A stretch of 64,000 bases of DNA from Iphione sp. A-MEVVRFRX5 (taxonomy: Eukaryota), in the NCBI GenBank assembly GCA_976226885.1, contig OZ320316.1:37262001-37326000 (forward strand), in the 5' to 3' direction. Positions 60,241 to 64,000 of the stretch are shown here, piece after piece (position 1 is the stretch's first letter; the number at the start of each line of letters is the position of its first letter). The notes below the pieces were generated by a model, which worked only from the letters and a program-made list of their open reading frames with translations, made no database searches and had not been told where the DNA came from. Made by a program: the position numbers and the translations under genes.

Positions 60241-63200
60241 TAAAGAAGCTTGTGGGTCAATGTAATACCGAGTCCATTAACCCAGATAATCGATATTCAA
60301 AACGGTTATCAGGTTGAACCCTGGATTCTTCATGTGGGCACACACCAGCTACCAGATATGCAACTTAGTAGCCTTAATGCTTACAAATGTACAATGTTTT
60401 TAATATCATTATCATAGTATTTTCAGAGTCGATGTAATCAGCTGCATTCAAATGGAAAAAGACCAGATTATCATCATATAACAAAGTTTCGAACACCGGT
60501 GCTGACATCCATTTTAAAATGTGGTTGTCGTTAGCTTTTAGGAATCATTAATGGGATTCTGTAGTTTTCCTATGCTCAGTAATCAAATGATCTAAACGAA
60601 CCGTGGTGTGTCCCTTGAAGTTCGACCACCGAATGCCGACCAGTGCCGTATGTCAATATGGCAAACCGCTTGAGCAATTAATGATTTCATGGAGGAGCCT
60701 TGATCAAACCCAAAGATCCAACGCCCACATTGTGTCAGATGATGTCAACTCCAGATCATTTACCTTGTGTCAAGGGTGGAGAGCATGCCTATCGATGCTT
60801 GTAGCATGTTTGCCATTTTCCTCTCTCCTGTGTCACCGAAGTGGCATCCATTAGTCAGCTTTCCATAGCTTTTAACCCACAGGTAAATAGTTTGTATTAT
60901 TCCCTTCGTGGCCGCCAGTGTCGAGATGAATCACCACACGACTTACACTGGTCTTTCGGCTATGTCTTCTCCGACCAACTTTTGTGAAGAGAACTCTTTG
61001 TTAGACTCGTCCCTTCCGTACGTCTGTTTTACATGTACATGTCGAGGCGTAACTAGAAACCAGTGCAGACGGTACCTCGCGTGTTCCCCTCTATATATGC
61101 TTTTCGTTTTTCGTTTTACTCGTCTTGTAGTATTGTTTGAACCAGGTAAAACTACAGCAATACCTAGTTTTCTTGTTAATTTTTTGTTTGTCCATGTATG
61201 TAGCAATATGCCAGTACCTGGCACACGGGAAACGTTACCTCCTGCCCCTTACTGCCTAGTATTCCACCCTGCTACTCCAAGGGTCTCTATCGAGCAGCAG
61301 ATATTCTACTGATTGCATCTAGAGTGTACTTTCCTTGGTCTTCATTAGAGACCAACTCGCTGCCAAACTAACGTCTACGCAGAAGACACTATTCCAGCTT
61401 GCCACGATTTAAACAATACATTTGCAGCGAGTTACCTACTAATTCAGAACACCAAACACCACGAGCCAGAGAACAACATTCTCCTCGTAAAACAGAGTCG
61501 CGAACTCCATCCAGCGAGCAAAACCATAGTACATCTTTACTGGGTATCCAGCCATACTGGAAGCCGAGAAAATAAAGCTGCAGGCAAAGCAAACGAAAGC
61601 ATCCACAAGGAAACCCAGGATGAACATCAATATCAAACGAAGATATAAAAGAACTAGGCTTCCTTGGAAGTCAGTGAAGAATGCTATCATAAGTATAATG
61701 TTTTTGGTTAACACAACATCCACCTTGGATTTATCTAAAACAGGATGTAACCCTAGGCCATCTTTAGATGGGTTTGGCCACAGCTGCATTTACTTCCGGC
61801 TACCTTTTTAGTTATTGCAATCAACTTAAAAGTGGTCGAGGAGATATTTTCCAAAAGATGCACTGTTTTTCGGACGAACCTAAACCGAAGATCAAAGAAT
61901 GAGGGTAATGAAATTTTAACTTCAGATTTCGATCTAACCTTTTATTTAGCAAACAGAATCTGGGAATCAATTAGAGACTACGACGAAATATAAAATTATC
62001 GCTATTGCATTAAGATTTTAAATTCAAAATCAACTCTACTTAATAAAGTAGTGCATTTCCCAATAAAAACATTTGAACCCGAACTGTTCAAGTGGGTTGA
62101 AACAGTAGGAATATGGGAGAATGAAGGAGTTGAACATGAAGTAGGAGAACGAGAGCAAACGTATCCGACAGCATGTTTCATATCACATAAGATGTATCTT
62201 GTTGACTAACACAGTTATTGTCTTCCAGTTACGTACGTTATTGAAACATTAAATCTTAAGCAGTGGATATTAGGATCCATACAGTATCCATATTACGATG
62301 CTGTGCCATCTAAGAATTGTTTCTTTTGGACACATTTTGGCTCTTCTACACTAAATAAATTGATTTGATGGTACTCTTCATACTTGTATTCCAAAATGGT
62401 ATAAGTAAAAATAAAGATCATGTTAATGCACAACTTGGAGGCATTTGATACTGTCTGACAGATGCTATTATGACCTTTTGTATCTAGTAGAATAATTATA
62501 CAGATATGTTGATCGGGAAACATGTCCATATCAATGTATCATAATTGATTTGGATTTGATTGGTTTCGACTCAATATTTGTAATAACATTTTTCATGGTA
62601 AGAAGAAGGTAAATGACAGCAAAGCGTGATACATGAAGGTTACAGGTCTTTTGTAAAACGAAATGATGAAAAATCAATAGTAGTTTATATAAAGTCATTC
62701 AGGTTTCATAGTACTATGTAATCTTGGGATAACATAAAGCTAATATTGTAATAATGCCGGACTGGCTATCATTGGTCCGATATACCTTAATTACACGCAT
62801 TTAGACACTACACAGGCATGTGGAAGACTATTGCCAGAGGAATATCATAGAGATAAGTGTAAATTAATTAGTTCTTTTATGTATACAGTCATTTATCATT
62901 AGGTGAGGATTCCAGTTACTCCTATCATTTCATCTTGCATTTTGTCTTTAAATTCAGATTATACAGACTGACTGTGTAAACTGCCAATTATTCTAAAACT
63001 AAGAATGCAAGAATCGTCATTACCATCCTTACCGGTTAGATGTATTGCAACTGTTTCTGTCAGTAGTGGGATAACCAGTCAACTTGACGTCTAGTGAGTT
63101 TTTCTTCCTAAAACATTAAAATATTTGTTCCCCAACTACCCTATTTTAGCTGAGATGTCATCTGTAGTCCTCTCCCAGTGCTAGGGATGGTTCTGTGCGC

Positions 63201-64000
63201 TAGTCTTATTTGCTGCAGCCGTATCAGATTATGAACTGCTACCATTGCCACTGTCATGGTAGCTATGTGCATTCTGGGGACACCTGTCAATAGGTATAGA
63301 GCATTAGAGGACAGAAAATTACAGCCTTAGATGCCCCATCTCAGGCATCTGTTAAGGTGAATCTGTAGCTGCATTACTTTTTATTTGGACATGCTTGCAA
63401 TGATTGACAGTTGGTAAGCTATTAGGAGCCAAAGGAAGCTCTTTACCTGTGTGATGCAGCAGTTAGTTCACAATTTTGGCTTTATTCTCAATGATGAGTG
63501 TCTGACAGCCCATATATCGGCTTTGAATTTCCAAACGGATGTCCTCCATGCCAGCAAGTCATTTACATGATATCTCTAAATCTCCACAGATGAATTTTCC
63601 AAGGCAGCAGTACCCAACCAAACAATGTAACATTGCAACAAAATTGTGGCAACATTGTGTTTTGGTTGTATTAATGTTATTGTATAACCTTGCAGCAACA
63701 TAAATAGGTGAAGTTTTTTAAATGCATCTACAAGTCAGAAAAAAACCTTCCTGACATCATGACAAAACTAAAAAGTGTCACTGTCTAACATGGGATTTGA
63801 AGCCATTTTCTCAAATCCTAAATCCACCACCTAACCCACTGCGCTATTTTAAATTATTACAAAATGTTGTTAAAAACTCCTTTACATTCATTGTCCTTTA
63901 TAACCAAACTACCCAGCCTGCACACAACGTTTGAAAAATGTTTTATAACGTTTTCTTTTGGTTAAAACATTTGCAACCATTTTACAACATTTTTAGAATG

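Noticed and set aside
287-64000. A linked PDX2/SNO glutaminase gene
   Set aside because: No GVLALQG, PGGEST, GTCAG or FHPE motif was recognised in the ORF track or regions read. Very short exons could have been missed; TBLASTN is needed.
63610-64000. TACCCA(A/G)CC-starting segments that may be ends of a TIR element
   Set aside because: The partner end lies outside the window or is absent, so TIR and TSD cannot be verified.

Overview
AT-rich, intron-containing eukaryotic genomic DNA. The repeat content (CR1/L2-type LINEs, a Sola-type DNA transposon, MITEs) suggests an invertebrate animal; the host is inferred, not proven. Two host genes are supported: the last exon of a protein kinase (2-286, +) and a complete multi-exon PDX1/SNZ/PdxS pyridoxal-5'-phosphate synthase (core 6064-9409, +; probable 5' exons 2816-2843 and 3963-4004; about 314 aa). 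No PDX2 partner was recognised. The rest is largely mobile DNA: three MITEs with readable TIRs, several decayed LINEs, and a young 5'-truncated LINE (41388-42880) inserted in an older LINE. The young LINE's 3' UTR carries five hairpins with a shared loop and co-varying stems. An apparently intact spliced Sola2-like DDD transposase (788 aa, 48177-50955, -) lies in an element with about 10 copies of a 16-bp subterminal motif. There are also tandem repeats and several protein-like but stop-interrupted segments I cannot identify. No rRNA, tRNA or CRISPR array was found. All analysis was by eye; no searches were run.
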